A stretch of 64,000 nucleotides of DNA from an uncultured Spirochaetota bacterium (GCA_963783575.1 CAWAOD010000013.1:32001-96000), one strand, 5' to 3'; counted from the stretch's first letter, positions 40,266 to 50,366 are shown. The notes: generated by a model not told the origin, from the letters alone. Translations and numbers: made by a program.

Positions 40266-40931
40266 ATGGAACTTTCATATATAGTATCGCTGTTCTGCCT
40301 GTCTATGTTCATAACAACAATAGCGGTAATAGAAATAAGGAATTTAAAATACGCGGTTTACGCATATTGCCTGCAGGCAATTATTATGGCTGTTCTGTAT
40401 TTCTATCTTGCTTCTCATATAAATCCAAGATTTTTCGTCTGGTTTATTGAGGTTGTGGTTGTAAAAATTGTACTTATACCGATGTTTTTTTTGATATATA
40501 TAAGAAGAACTACCCAAATAGCTTTCAGACCTTTTATTGGCTATATCCCCTCGGTATTTCTGATGGCTTTTATAATAATAATCATGTTCTATATGATATA
40601 TACTAACATCAATTTTATAGCCCCAAGTGCCGAAGCCGTTCAGGACCCCGGAAGAACGCTTCTTTCCGTATCATTGACTGTTTTCACATTGGGATTGTAC
40701 GGGATTTTGACAAGACGCGACGCTATAAAAATGGTCTTAAGCCTCTGCGTGGTGGATAACGGCGTGCATTTATTCCTGGTAAGCACCGCCCTGTCAATGC
40801 CTGAAATAGCCGTCATCGGTATAACAACGGACGCGGTTATAGCCGTTTTACTGCTGCTTTACCTGGTAAGAGGAATATTCAATGAATTCGGGTCTGCCGA
40901 TACCAATGAACTGAAGAATCTAAGGTGGTAA
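40266..40931 (+). CDS. hyfE: HyfE-like membrane subunit
   Basis: YCLQA, KIVLIP, TRRDAIK...DNGVHL; ~7 TM segments. Confidence 0.8.
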   Translation: MELSYIVSLFCLSMFITTIAVIEIRNLKYAVYAYCLQAIIMAVLYFYLASHINPRFFVWFIEVVVVKIVLIPMFFLIYIRRTTQIAFRPFIGYIPSVFLMAFIIIIMFYMIYTNINFIAPSAEAVQDPGRTLLSVSLTVFTLGLYGILTRRDAIKMVLSLCVVDNGVHLFLVSTALSMPEIAVIGITTDAVIAVLLLLYLVRGIFNEFGSADTNELKNLRW

Positions 40932-40933
40932 TT

Positions 40934-42475
40934 ATGCCTGAAGTTAATACTTTCTATTGTATTATATTATTTATAGTGCCTGCCGCAACGGCATTACTCA
41001 TTCTTATTCTTGGAAGATTCCGGATATTCAGGGAATGGCTGGCTTTAGCGGGTATGACTGCCACTTTTATAATTAGCGTATATATATTCCTTAATTCTCA
41101 AAGAACCATACAAAGCTATTTCAATAATAATCTCAGGATAGATGCTTTCAGCGGATTGATTATTGCTCTGATCAGTTTGATCGGACTGGCCGTTTTAGTT
41201 TATTCAGTAAAATATTTAAAAACCGAAAAAGAAAAAGGTATATTCAAGGAAAAAAAGCTGAAATCATTCTACTGGCAGTTTATGCTTCTCATAAGCGTTA
41301 TGCTGCTGCTTGCGACATCAAACAATATCGTTCTTTTATGGGTGGTGATAGAAGCGACTACCCTTGCCGCGACGATTCTCGTTTCATTCTACTGGAACAA
41401 AAACTCCCTTGAGGCGGGTTTTAAATTTGTTATGATTCTGACTGTCGGAATGTCAATAGCGCTTATCGGCTGTATTTTATTATATTCGGGAGTGGCCCAT
41501 AATGTTAAAGCCGGCGAAGACCCCCTGCAGATTACAACCATAATATCAGTCGTAAAATCTGGCATAATCCCGAAAAGCATATTGAGCCTGTCAGCGGCTT
41601 TTTTACTGGTTGGTTTCGGCACAAAAGCAGGGATCGCACCTTTTCATACCTGGATGCCCGATGCTTATGCCGAATCGCCGGTACCTGTCAGTTCCATTTT
41701 ATCCGGTGTTGTTGTTAATATGAGTATTTATGCCCTTATCAGGATTTTTTCGATATTTTATTCGGCTGTACCGGTTTTAAATATTTTTGTGATTGTTCTT
41801 GGGCTGTTCTCAATGCTTCTCGGTGTTTTAATGATGTTTGTCCAGGATGATATCAAAAGATTTCTGGCGTATTCTTCGGTCAGCCAGATCGGTTATATCA
41901 TATTAGGATTCGGTCTCGCAGGGTCACAGGCCCCGGCTATTGGAACAATGGTCAATAATGGGGCTTATCTCGGGATGTACGGCGCTATCTTTCATATTAT
42001 CAACCATGCCCTAATAAAGACGCTTTTATTTTTGAGCGCGGGCGCGGTAATTTACGCAACAGGAATACGCAGGATGAGCGAACTCGGAGGCCTTGGGAAA
42101 AAAATGCCAATAACCGCCGTCTGCTTTTTTATAGCAGGGTTATCCATTTCGGGGATTCCATTTTTGAACGGCTTTGCAAGTAAATTTATAATCTTCATGG
42201 CGGGAGCAAAAATTGATGGAATGATATGGACGACAGTCATAGCAATAATCTGCAGTATATTGACGCTTGCGAATATTATTATAATTCTTCATAAGATATT
42301 TATGGGAAATGTTTCAGAGAATTTAAATAATTATGAAGTAAAAGAAGTTCCTGCGTCACTATGGACAGTAATGGTTTTTTTATGTATGTTATGCATTTTA
42401 TTGGGTGTTTATCCTCAAATTATGAATCCGTTTCTGGATAAAGCCGCAAGTGTTATTTTATCGGTAATATATTGA
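40934..42475 (+). CDS. hyfF: HyfF-like antiporter membrane subunit
   Basis: WVVIEATTL, SLEAGFKF, GFGTKAGIAPFHTWMPDAY, KRFLAYSS; ORF open from 40925. Confidence 0.85.
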   Translation: MPEVNTFYCIILFIVPAATALLILILGRFRIFREWLALAGMTATFIISVYIFLNSQRTIQSYFNNNLRIDAFSGLIIALISLIGLAVLVYSVKYLKTEKEKGIFKEKKLKSFYWQFMLLISVMLLLATSNNIVLLWVVIEATTLAATILVSFYWNKNSLEAGFKFVMILTVGMSIALIGCILLYSGVAHNVKAGEDPLQITTIISVVKSGIIPKSILSLSAAFLLVGFGTKAGIAPFHTWMPDAYAESPVPVSSILSGVVVNMSIYALIRIFSIFYSAVPVLNIFVIVLGLFSMLLGVLMMFVQDDIKRFLAYSSVSQIGYIILGFGLAGSQAPAIGTMVNNGAYLGMYGAIFHIINHALIKTLLFLSAGAVIYATGIRRMSELGGLGKKMPITAVCFFIAGLSISGIPFLNGFASKFIIFMAGAKIDGMIWTTVIAIICSILTLANIIIILHKIFMGNVSENLNNYEVKEVPASLWTVMVFLCMLCILLGVYPQIMNPFLDKAASVILSVIY

Positions 42476-42487
42476 GAGAGGAAATTG

Positions 42488-42973
42488 ATGTTTAAAAAAC
42501 TTTCGCATAAAGCATTCCCGAAATCGCTCTGGGTTTACCATGTCAACACCGGGGCATGCAACGGATGCGACATTGAAGTTATCGATACGCTGACGCCTTA
42601 CTATGACGCCGAAAGATTCGGAATCAAACTGGTGAGTTCTCCCAGGCATGCAGATGTCCTGCTTATTTCAGGCCCGATTACAAGGCAGATTTTACCGGCA
42701 TTTAAAAGGCTTTACGACGCTGTTCCATCCCCCAAGCTTGTTTTTGCCATAGGCGCTTGCGCTGCCGGGGGCGGGATCTGGAAGAATTCTTACAATGTTG
42801 TAGGCGGCGTGGATAATATAATAAAAGTAGATTATTACATCCCCGGATGTCCGCCCAGGCCGGAAGCAATTCTGCATGGAGTTGCCGTAGCACTCGGCCT
42901 TGTCCCAAAATCGGTAAAATCAGAAGAATATAAAGAAAAATCCCTTGATGAAATGTTCCCTCCGGAAGAATAA
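42488..42973 (+). CDS. hycG: Group 4 hydrogenase small subunit (NuoB-like, HycG/HyfI)
   Basis: GACNGCDIE, SPRHAD, GACA, IPGCPPRP. Confidence 0.92.
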   Translation: MFKKLSHKAFPKSLWVYHVNTGACNGCDIEVIDTLTPYYDAERFGIKLVSSPRHADVLLISGPITRQILPAFKRLYDAVPSPKLVFAIGACAAGGGIWKNSYNVVGGVDNIIKVDYYIPGCPPRPEAILHGVAVALGLVPKSVKSEEYKEKSLDEMFPPEE

Positions 42974-43057
42974 ACTGAATACTTTTTAAATCCATTCATC
43001 TTTTTAATACCTATCAAAGGGTCACGCTTGTTAAAATCTTGTTTGAGAATATTATTA

Positions 43058-43086
43058 TTGACATTTTTTGATATTTATTTTAAATT
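43058..43086 (+). promoter_or_regulatory. Putative sigma70 promoter of hicBA
   Basis: TTGACA-17-TAAATT. Confidence 0.55.
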
Positions 43087-43111
43087 TAATAAAATATGAA
43101 CGAGGTTTTAA

Positions 43112-43318
43112 ATGACAAATGAATTTACAGCCTGCATCTGGAAAGAAGGAAATTGGTATATAGCTCAATGTATGGAAGTTGATATCGCGAGCCAGGGAGA
43201 ATCTTCCAAGGAAGCCGTTCTTAATTTAAAAGAAGCATTGGAACTATATTTTGAAGAACCTCATCCGACCTTATCCCCAATGATTAAAAAATTAAAAATT
43301 AATATCCATGCCGCTTAA
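43112..43318 (+). CDS. hicB: HicB-like antitoxin (short form, no DNA-binding domain)
   Basis: YIAQC..VDIASQGES..EAVLNLKEALELY. Confidence 0.85.
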   Translation: MTNEFTACIWKEGNWYIAQCMEVDIASQGESSKEAVLNLKEALELYFEEPHPTLSPMIKKLKINIHAA

Positions 43319-43529
43319 TCCGCAGCCTTATCGTGAAGTAAAACGGAAGCTTGAAACAGCCGGCTTTTATGAATATTCCCAAAAAGGAAGTCATGTAAAA
43401 TTAGTGAAAATAACCAGTGAAGGAACAAGAACCGCAATAATTCCAAAACATTCAGAAATTAGTGTCGGTACATTAAGAAGTATTCTGCGTCAGGCTGGTT
43501 TGACTATTGAAGAATTTGAATCTTTTTGA
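43308..43529 (+). CDS. hicA: HicA-family mRNA interferase toxin
   Basis: LETAGF...QKGSHVKL...IPKH.EI..GTLRSILRQAG. Confidence 0.9.
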   Translation: MPLNPQPYREVKRKLETAGFYEYSQKGSHVKLVKITSEGTRTAIIPKHSEISVGTLRSILRQAGLTIEEFESF

Positions 43530-43553
43530 CCACAAAATCAGGGTCATTAATAA

Positions 43554-44612
43554 TTGAATATCAGGAGTCAGAATCTGGATAGAACTGAAATCATCGATTT
43601 ATATAAAAACGGAAAATTCCCGGAATTAATCAGTCTTGCAAATAAGACATACCTGGAAAATTATGGAAATAAAGTATGGATCAGGGGTTTGATTGAATTT
43701 TCCAATTTTTGTAATATGAACTGCACTTATTGTGGTATCCGCATGGACAACCGCAAAATTAACCGTTACAGGCTCGAAGAAACGGAAATAATAAATATCG
43801 TACGGCAGGGTATGGAAGCCGGATTTAAAACATTCGTCCTTCAGAGCGGAGAGGACAATTTTTATACTATTAAAGTGCTATGCCGCCTTATTGAAAAAAT
43901 AAGGGATATTGCGTCCGGATCGATAGCAATTACACTAAGCTGCGGGTTGAAGACAAAATCTCAGTTTAAAGAACTGAAAAAAGCGGGCTGCAACCGTTAT
44001 CTGATGAGGTTTGAAACATCAGATGAAGCGCTTTTTTCGGGATTGAAAAACGGATTGTCGCTGAAAGACCGGTTAAAAGGACTTTATTATCTTAAAGAAC
44101 TGGGATTTGAGACAGGTTCCGGCTATATGGTAGGATTGCCAGGGGAAACCGGGGAAACCAGGATCAATAACGCTTTATTATGCGCCGATCTTGAGCTGGA
44201 TATGATCGGCATAGGGCCGTTCATTCCGCATCCGTATACGCCCCTGTATGATTCAGCAGTTCCTTGTATTGATGAGACTGTAAGGTCAACAGCGCTTTTA
44301 AGACTGCTTCTGCCAAAATCAAATATACCGGCGACAACTGCCGCCGGCAGCATCCATCCATCAGGAAGGGAAAAGATGCTTGAAGCGGGCGCGAACGTGC
44401 TTATGCCGAATATAACACCTGCGGAACACAAAAAGGACTATACCCTCTATCCGGGGAAAATTTGTATTGAAGAATCGGGGCTTCAATGCCTGGAATGCCT
44501 GGAAATAAGGGTTAGGAGCATCAATAAAACTATAGATATGGGGCGCGGTGATTCGAAAAACAAGGGGACTGATATTGGAAGAAAAGATTTATTATGGAGA
44601 GGAAACCGCTAA
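43554..44612 (+). CDS. hydE: [FeFe]-hydrogenase maturase, radical SAM
   Basis: RGLIEFSNFCNMNCTYCG, TFVLQSGED, GIGPFIPHP.TP, PATTA, GANVLMPN, YTLYPGK. Confidence 0.92.
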   Translation: MNIRSQNLDRTEIIDLYKNGKFPELISLANKTYLENYGNKVWIRGLIEFSNFCNMNCTYCGIRMDNRKINRYRLEETEIINIVRQGMEAGFKTFVLQSGEDNFYTIKVLCRLIEKIRDIASGSIAITLSCGLKTKSQFKELKKAGCNRYLMRFETSDEALFSGLKNGLSLKDRLKGLYYLKELGFETGSGYMVGLPGETGETRINNALLCADLELDMIGIGPFIPHPYTPLYDSAVPCIDETVRSTALLRLLLPKSNIPATTAAGSIHPSGREKMLEAGANVLMPNITPAEHKKDYTLYPGKICIEESGLQCLECLEIRVRSINKTIDMGRGDSKNKGTDIGRKDLLWRGNR

Positions 44613-45924
44613 AGCGGTTCAAAATTTTGGGAGCGGTAATCTGCCGCCGGAACTTGTAATTGCTTACGCTTTAGTTAAAAAAGCCGTTCTAATAGCGGTT
44701 CAGGAATCAGAAAAAAAATACCCCGGCACAGTGTTTGAATGCCTGATTCTGGCAGTTGATGAAATTTGCGAGGGCAGGCATATGGAGCAATTTATCATTC
44801 CTCTCAAGCAGGGTGGTGCGGGTACAAGCATCAATATGAATATGAACGAGGTCATCGCAAACCTGGCGGGAGAAATTCACTTTTCTAAATACGGAAATAA
44901 AATCAGCCTCGACCCTATCGACGACATTAACCGCTACCAATCAACAAACGACACATTTCCGACGGCCGTAACTATTGTTGTTTATAACCGTCTGACAAGG
45001 CTTGAGAAATCCGTAATTGAGCTTCAGGAAACCCTGATAAAGAAGGAATCCGAATATTCTTTAATATTAATTACTGGAAGGACGGAAATGCAGTCTGCCC
45101 TGCCAATCACGCTTGGCCAGGTTTTTCCTCGTGGGCCGGGATGATCGAAAGGGATCGATGGAGGCTCAGTAAATTGAAGGATCGCGTGAGAACAATCGCT
45201 CTGGGCGGTACTGCCATAGGAACCTGCTTCAACGCCCCTCAAAAAACCGTTTTTTTATCCGAAAAAATCCTCCGGCAGATTACGGGTTTGCCTCTTTGCA
45301 GAAGCCAGAACCTTACAGACGAGGTTGCAGATCATGATAAGCTTTCGGAACTTGCAGGCGGGATAAAGCTCTGCGCTGAAAATATTTTTAAAATAACCGG
45401 GGATCTTCTGCTTTATTCTTCATCATTCATCGGCGAAATAAATCATCCTGATCTTCAGAAAGCTTCTACAATTATGCCTGCTAAGGTCAACCCGGTTATT
45501 CTTGAGTTTGTCAGGGGTCTGTCTGTCGAAGTACAGCATGAAATGCATGAAAATATCGGAATTTTGCAAAAACGGCCAGCTCCAGTTAAATCCTTATCTC
45601 CCGTTCATACTCGAGGCTTTTATAAATGCTTTTGATGATATGGAAAAAGCCATAAATTCTCTAATAGAAAAGTTTTTTAATAAAATGACAGTCAATGAAA
45701 AACAGGCCGGCCGGAACCTGGCACAGTCTCACGCTCTTCTTAACGCGTTATTGCCTGTCCTGGGATATCATCAAATAGAAAAGATATTTAAGACTGTTGA
45801 CGATAAAAATCCCAAAAGCATCAATGAATTAAAATTGATCATCGCGGAAATAACAGGACTGGACTTTAAAATACTTGATGAATACCTCGACCCTGTCCGT
45901 CTGACAACTTATAGGAAGGAATAA
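44575..45924 (+). pseudogene. aspA: Aspartate ammonia-lyase with two compensating single-base frameshifts
   Basis: QGGAGTSINMNMNEVIAN, QSTNDTFPTA, GRTE.Q.A.PITLGQ, LGGTAIGT, STIMPAKVNP, GQLQLN; missing T in 45122-45126 and extra A in 45541-45543. Confidence 0.85.
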
Positions 45925-45927
45925 AAA

Positions 45928-47145
45928 ATGCCTAACCAGAGCACACCTTTATCCGAACAGGTCCGGGTGGTTATTTTCGGGCTTCGAAACTCGGGAAAAT
46001 CCTCTTTTATAAATAATCTCTTTGAAAAAGATGTTTCCATTGTTTCGGAATCTCCAGGTACTACAACCGATCCGGTCACAAGGAGCATGGAAATACTGCC
46101 GGCCGGGCCGGTCGCTTTTACTGACACCGCCGGAATTGACGACACAGGAGAACTCGGAAGTCTTAGAATAAAAAAAAGCCTGGAAAAGCTTGATATCGCC
46201 GATCTGCCGGTATTTGTCTCTCGCGCCGACCGGCCTGTGTCGGACTTTGAAATCGAAATTGTCAATTCAATTTCACATAAAAAATCATTATTTATCGTTC
46301 TGACTTTCGGTGACATGATCGCTGATAAAGAAAAAATCGCATGGGCGGAAAAATATGATTATACTCTCATAGATAACATAAATAAAAAAGGTTTCGACGA
46401 CTTCAAAAAATTACTTATCAAAAAGATCAGTAAGACAGATTTTGAGATTACTCCGGTCGAAGGTCTTGTCAATGAAAACGACCTTGTTCTTCTTGTAACT
46501 CCAATTGACCTTGCCGCCCCGAAAGGCAGGCTCATCCTCCCGCAGGTTGAAACTATACGCGATCTTCTGGATAAAGACTGCGCGGTGCTTTTGGTTAAAG
46601 AGAGGGAATTGAAGTATTTCTATGATTCTTTAAAGATTAAACCGAAACTTGTGATCACCGACAGCCAGGCATTCAGCAAGGTCGCCGCCGATATTCCTGA
46701 GGATCAGCCGCTGACCTCATTCTCGATCCTTTTCGCAAGAAAAAAAGGCGATCTGGCAACGTTTGTGGAAGGAGCAAAACATTTAAAGAATGTCCCCGAG
46801 GGCGTTAAAATACTCATACTTGAATCATGCTCCCATCACCGCCAGGCTGACGATATAGGCACTGTCAAGATCCCAAGGCTTTTCCGCCAGCTCGTCCAGT
46901 CAAAAGCGGAGTTTGAATTTGCCAGGGAACTTCCGGAAGCCGGTAAATTGAAAGAATATTTCATGGTAATTAACTGCGCCGGCTGTATGGTTGGAAGGAA
47001 TCTCATTATGAGCCGTCTGCGAATTCTGAAAGAGAACAATGTGTTTGCCTGTAATTACGGCCTATTCCTCGCCTGGGTCAACGGCCTTTTACCGAGAGTA
47101 ATAGAACCTTTTCCTATGGAATGGGAGATTTATAATGAAGATTGA
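45928..47145 (+). CDS. hydF: [FeFe]-hydrogenase maturation GTPase
   Basis: GLRNSGKSS, PGTTTDPV, DTAG, APKGRLILPQV, ESCSHH, CAGCM, NYG. Confidence 0.96.
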   Translation: MPNQSTPLSEQVRVVIFGLRNSGKSSFINNLFEKDVSIVSESPGTTTDPVTRSMEILPAGPVAFTDTAGIDDTGELGSLRIKKSLEKLDIADLPVFVSRADRPVSDFEIEIVNSISHKKSLFIVLTFGDMIADKEKIAWAEKYDYTLIDNINKKGFDDFKKLLIKKISKTDFEITPVEGLVNENDLVLLVTPIDLAAPKGRLILPQVETIRDLLDKDCAVLLVKERELKYFYDSLKIKPKLVITDSQAFSKVAADIPEDQPLTSFSILFARKKGDLATFVEGAKHLKNVPEGVKILILESCSHHRQADDIGTVKIPRLFRQLVQSKAEFEFARELPEAGKLKEYFMVINCAGCMVGRNLIMSRLRILKENNVFACNYGLFLAWVNGLLPRVIEPFPMEWEIYNED

Positions 47146-47172
47146 AATCTTAAAGATTGAAATCTTAAAGAT
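47138..47172. repeat. 15-bp direct duplication of a palindromic unit across the hydF stop
   Basis: AAGATTGAAATCTTA x2 + AAGAT. Confidence 0.8.
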
Positions 47173-47213
47173 AAACTATAATTCTTACCTTGATTATATA
47201 AAACATATTCGGA

Positions 47214-47645
47214 TTATGATAAATCCAATGGATTGAATGTAAAATTCATGAGTCCATGATAGAAATTAGCCGTTACGGCGTTAAATTCAAAAACAGTGTA
47301 ATCGTCATCATTTACACCATTTTGATAATACATCTCACAACCGTTTCTCCATAGTTTTTTTCTTGATTCAGCATCCTGTCTTATAGTAATACTTCCAATC
47401 AGAAGCAATCCTTCAAAAGTTTGTTCATTGCAATAATATACGCAGGCATTTGGGTTTTCCTTGAATTGACTTACTCTTTTCGATGATGTATTAGTACTGA
47501 ACCATATTCTCGCAAGACTTTCCGGTTCAAGATTCATCATTGCTTTAATATATGGAGAACCGCCAGGGCCTATAGACCCGATAAATGCAATTTTCGCACA
47601 TTTTATTAGGTTTCTGCTTCTGTCTAAAACTTCTTTTTTATTCAT
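47214..47645 (-). CDS. Pyridoxamine 5'-phosphate oxidase-like FMN-binding protein
   Basis: PYIKAM, IWFSTNTSSKRV, NPNACVYY, YYQNGVNDDDY; start ATG 47645. Confidence 0.85.
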   Translation of the reverse strand: MNKKEVLDRSRNLIKCAKIAFIGSIGPGGSPYIKAMMNLEPESLARIWFSTNTSSKRVSQFKENPNACVYYCNEQTFEGLLLIGSITIRQDAESRKKLWRNGCEMYYQNGVNDDDYTVFEFNAVTANFYHGLMNFTFNPLDLS

Positions 47646-47697
47646 AACGACACCCTCATTAGTAAATATTACTCTGTACTTCAAAAATTTTTCGCTT

Positions 47698-48151
47698 TTA
47701 TTTACGTTTCTGCCCGGCAGTGTCATTCAGGTTGTTTAATATGCGACGCAGATATTCCTCGAAGCGGTCTATTTCATTCTCTGAAAATCCTTCATAATAA
47801 ATATCATTCATCCTTTGAGAACACTTCCCTGTATGAATTTTGAAGGTTTTTATATTTTTCAGATAAGAATATCATGACCTTCCGGCGGTCTTCTTCCGGA
47901 TAGTTCCTTTTAATTTTGCCTTCGATTTCCATTCTATCAAGCATGTTCGATAGTGTTGATTTTTCAAGGCCAGTTTTATCCGAGAGTTCCCGAATATTAA
48001 TTCCATCTTTTTGCCAGAGTCTGTATAGTATTCTACCCTGACCGGGGTTAATGTCATTGAGATGGGTTTCCTTCAATAGTCTATTAAAAATCCTCCCGGA
48101 CACCTGATGTATTTTATTTAAGATAAATCCACCCTCTCGAAAATCTTTCAT
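47698..48151 (-). pseudogene. MarR family regulator with a +1 frameshift near 47820
   Basis: INPGQGRIL, LEKSTLSNMLDRME, DRRKV; removing one base continues as SQRMNDIYYEGFSENEIDRFEEYLRRILNNL to TAA 47698. Confidence 0.85.
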
Positions 48152-48189
48152 TTTTATCCCTAATAGTTTTATAACATATTATTGTATAT

Positions 48190-48218
48190 AGTATAGTTGT
48201 ATATAAAACATTTGTCAA
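48190..48218 (-). promoter_or_regulatory. Sigma70 promoter of marR with an imperfect palindrome in the spacer
   Basis: Minus strand TTGACA-17-TATACT; GTTGTATATAAAAC at 48196-48209. Confidence 0.6.
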
Positions 48219-48483
48219 GTAAAATATTCTATCAAATAAACTAATTTACATTCTAACATTAAAATCCTATCAATAACTTTGGAAGAATTATTGATAAGCC
48301 CATTGCCTGTTTTAATTCAATTCTTAGTATATCCCACACTTATCTGGTATTTGACTTTTGATATGATTATGATGAAATTACAACTGGTGAAACCCTATTA
48401 TTTGTGAATATTGATCTGATTTTTATATAAATACAAGGCTTAATTTTTTAGGAAAAAGAGTTAAAAAACAAAGGGGGTGCCTT

Positions 48484-50166
48484 ATGGATTTTTTTACCAG
48501 GCTTTATCAGCAGGAATCCTTCAGAGGCGAACGGACAGCATATATTTTCAGGTGGGTTCTGGTCGGAGTACTTTTTTTACTGGCTTTTGTGCTTTTTACA
48601 GTTCAACACCAGATTGCAGGGCTTTACGGTATTTATATCTGCCTGGCAGGCTTAATTTATAACGGTTTTATGACATATTTTATCATAAAAAAGAAAAATC
48701 CCGGTTGGATACGCTATTCTTCAATAACCATAGACATCCTTTTTTTAACCGCATATAATTATATTGACGCTTTTTTCAATTCTCCGCTGGTACCGGTAAC
48801 AACCGCAACTCTATTAATTTATCCGATTTTGATATTTCTGGCATCATTACGCCAGGATAGAAATTTGATAATTTTCGCCTCAATACTGGCTGTTATATCA
48901 ATGGACACAATATATATAATAGAATATTTTAATTTTGACAGAAATATTGCCTCGAAATTGGTCTCAGCCGATCCAATGGGGCAACTCTACAGAACTGTTT
49001 ATATTCTGCTGTTCGGTTTTCTTCTACTTATTATTCCAAGAACGATAAGAAGGCTTCTGAATAAGCAAAAAGAGATGTTTGATGAGGCCTTCACAAATTT
49101 CGGTACACTTTCCAGGAGCGTCCAGGCAAGGATGGATGAGCTGCAAGCGAAAGGCGGTGAGTTGATGGTGAGGATGGAGGAAACAGCCGGCGTTACGGAA
49201 AAGATTTACTCTGATGTTGAAAAGTCCGGCGAGGCTTTCGGTATCCAGGAGAAGTCAATTAAGGAAACGATGGATATGGCCGGAAAACTTGCCTTAACAC
49301 TACCTGATGTTATCCGTGAATTGGAGAAGCAGGAGGAGGCAATTGTCTCATCGGTATTATCCATAAAAAAACTGGTGTCCGGATTTGAAGATATCCGGTC
49401 TCATTCGGAAAGTGCGGCTGATAAAGCGCAAAACCTTGGCTCAGTTTCCGGAGAGGGGCAAAATATTCTGTCAAATATGGTTGCCTCCATGAAAGATGTC
49501 ACGGAAAAATCCGATCGCCTGGGCGAGACCGTTATTATCATTAAGAGTATAGCAGAGTCGACAGATATGCTATCAATAAATGCTGCAATTGAGGCTGCCC
49601 ATGCAGGGAATGTTGGGCTTGGATTTGCCGTTGTTGCGGAAGAAATCCGCAATCTGGCTGTTTTATCCAAAGGAGAGTCTGAAAAAATCGAGCATAATCT
49701 TGATGATATACGCCGGAGAATATTCAATCTCGATGAAAGTGCCAGAAAGTCCGGCAATTCTTTTTCTGAGATTATGAACAGAATCAATGAACTTCTTTCA
49801 GACATCGGAGACATAAAAAATGCAACCGGTATTTTTGGAAATCAGATCAATAAAGTACTGGAACTGATGAACGGAATGGAAAAGACAACACAGTTTGTAC
49901 ATGAATGTTCCCGGGAAATGTCAAAAGGAAGCGAATCAATAAGTATGGCCGTAAACGATGTGAATCAACTCCAGGATGAGGTTAGAGGAATTCTTAATAA
50001 TATAACTTCCACTATCGGAATGATCCGCCAGACATACCAGCTTGCTAATCAGATGACCATGCAGAATAAAGACCTTATTGATTCAGTTAGTACAGAGGTT
50101 AGGAAGTTTACAATTATTCAAACAGAAACTGAAAGTATTGGTATAAATAGCAACAGTAATGTTTAA
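48484..50166 (+). CDS. Methyl-accepting chemotaxis protein with multi-TM N-terminal domain
   Basis: TDMLSINAAIEAAHAG..GLGFAVVAEEIRNLA; about 6 N-terminal TM segments. Confidence 0.92.
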   Translation: MDFFTRLYQQESFRGERTAYIFRWVLVGVLFLLAFVLFTVQHQIAGLYGIYICLAGLIYNGFMTYFIIKKKNPGWIRYSSITIDILFLTAYNYIDAFFNSPLVPVTTATLLIYPILIFLASLRQDRNLIIFASILAVISMDTIYIIEYFNFDRNIASKLVSADPMGQLYRTVYILLFGFLLLIIPRTIRRLLNKQKEMFDEAFTNFGTLSRSVQARMDELQAKGGELMVRMEETAGVTEKIYSDVEKSGEAFGIQEKSIKETMDMAGKLALTLPDVIRELEKQEEAIVSSVLSIKKLVSGFEDIRSHSESAADKAQNLGSVSGEGQNILSNMVASMKDVTEKSDRLGETVIIIKSIAESTDMLSINAAIEAAHAGNVGLGFAVVAEEIRNLAVLSKGESEKIEHNLDDIRRRIFNLDESARKSGNSFSEIMNRINELLSDIGDIKNATGIFGNQINKVLELMNGMEKTTQFVHECSREMSKGSESISMAVNDVNQLQDEVRGILNNITSTIGMIRQTYQLANQMTMQNKDLIDSVSTEVRKFTIIQTETESIGINSNSNV

Positions 50167-50366
50167 TACAAATAAGAAAGCCTTTATGGAGTTAACATTC
50201 TATATAAAATTCATTTTAACTTTCTATGAACAAAATCATTTTTTGTCTTTTTCTTATGAAATATTAAAATATGTTATTGGAAAGAAAATGACAGCAAAAA
50301 TTATTAATATATTATTTTTATGCTCGGTACAGCTTCATGTCTAAACTTAATCATATAGATAATTCT

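Noticed and set aside
34945..42973. Respiratory complex I or a Ni-less Ehr complex
   Set aside because: The large subunit retains both CxxC Ni-binding motifs
50159..50344. 61-aa ORF after the first MCP
   Set aside because: AT-rich, no RBS or motif; likely spurious
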